A stretch of 54,702 bases of DNA, filler included, from Catajapyx aquilonaris (lineage: Eukaryota): the NCBI GenBank assembly GCA_000934665.2. It is 3 parts of 3 records of this genome, joined end to end, with 100 filler letters (N's around TTAATTAATTAA, not from the genome) between each part and the next. Parts side by side here need not be neighbours in the genome. Positions count along the whole stretch, not along the records: positions 36,559 to 54,702 come from JYFJ02006758.1; 2 more parts are not named here. One strand, given 5' to 3'. Shown piece after piece: positions 53,870 through 54,702 of the stretch. Positions within the stretch are counted from its first letter, which is position 1; each line of letters starts with the position of its first letter. The notes beneath the pieces were generated by a model. That model saw only the letters and a list, made by a program, of their open reading frames with translations, made no database searches and had not been told where the DNA came from. The translations under genes and the position numbers were made by a program.

Positions 53870-54390
53870 TGTAATCAGGACATGTGGTGTTACGCATTTG
53901 GTGTCCTTCTTCACGGTTGCGTTGATTCGTAAATCATCGTACAATTCCCATTGGCCGTCAAAGCGACGGCAGCTAGGTCACCACATGTGTTCTAAGGGTG
54001 TGGGAATTGTACGACGATTTATTACGAATCAACGCAACGGTGAAGAAAAACTTTATAAATCTGTCCAATTATTACTGGCGGACGCGATTATATAACTGCG
54101 ATAGGCACGTAGAACATTACAGAATATTATGCCCCATTTAATTTACGAAGCCAAACAAGCACTTTCGTTGTATTTTTCTGCTGCAATCTACAACCGTAAA
54201 TGTTAGTCCACAGCATGAATGCCTGAATAACTGTCTTCTTCATGATGATTTCCCAATATGCCTTTGTGCAAGGGGTGGTATTTTCAGAAACCTGGTCTAT
54301 TATAGTCAGGAGATGATTGGAGTGAATTAGTACGTGCTGAATTCTGTTGGCGGGGGCGGGGGCTGGTGACGTCATCATCAGAATTTTCAA
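53870..54390 (-). pseudogene. Remnant of a transposon-associated cysteine-protease-like (USP/NOF-FB-like) C-terminus
   Basis: SCRRFDGQWELYDDLRINATVKKDTKCVTPHVLI fits a CRRxxGxWExYDDL...PHxLI motif; rearranged by local inversions. Confidence 0.45.
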
Positions 54391-54702
54391 TAATTTATAT
54401 CTCGAGATTGGCTGCAGCTAGAGAGGAACTGTTTTCGGCACAAACGAAGCACTAACGATTGGCATTTTTTAAAATGCAATTTGTGATGGTGGGGGGGCTA
54501 ACTTAACGGACGTCGGCGGAGCGGCGTTTGTTGATTAATGCCAGGGTGCCAGTGTGCAGCATTTAGTGTCAACTAGCAGGTTACCCGGCGTTGCCCGGGT
54601 ATGTAGGGGTGCTGGTAAGGGGTACATATACACTATTTTAGGAAGTGTGTTTGTTTGTAAAAATTTCCCTTCCGTACACTCGAAACTCGATATGTCTTAA
54701 AA

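Overview
Eukaryotic DNA, almost certainly from an arthropod (interstitial TTAGG repeats, insect-like SMG5 and Homer fragments, GT-AG introns). Two artificial 100-bp spacers (N44-TTAATTAATTAA-N44) split the window into segments of 18,210, 18,148 and 18,144 bp. These look like size-sorted, unlinked contigs. Segment 1 (1-18210) holds a decayed Buster-type hAT transposon, a C2H2 zinc-finger pseudogene, an apparently intact 4-exon divergent RNF103-like RING-H2 E3 ligase gene (- strand, 589 aa), many MITEs and SINEs, and two decayed paralogous exons of an unidentified protein. Segment 2 (18311-36458) is largely non-coding, TE-poor, CpG-retaining and rich in CRE motifs, with a candidate TATA/Inr first exon. 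Segment 3 (36559-54702) holds an orphan acidic ORF, an internally deleted ISL2EU-type element (THAP gene plus a convergent SWIM/YqaJ exonuclease gene) and a zinc-finger gene built from tandemly duplicated phase-0 exon pairs. The most striking feature is a 5'-truncated Ty3/Gypsy LTR retroelement carrying two intron-less host gene fragments: a Homer coiled-coil piece (sense, in frame with the integrase tail) and an SMG5 PIN-domain piece (antisense). All family calls come from motif recognition by eye; no database search was run.
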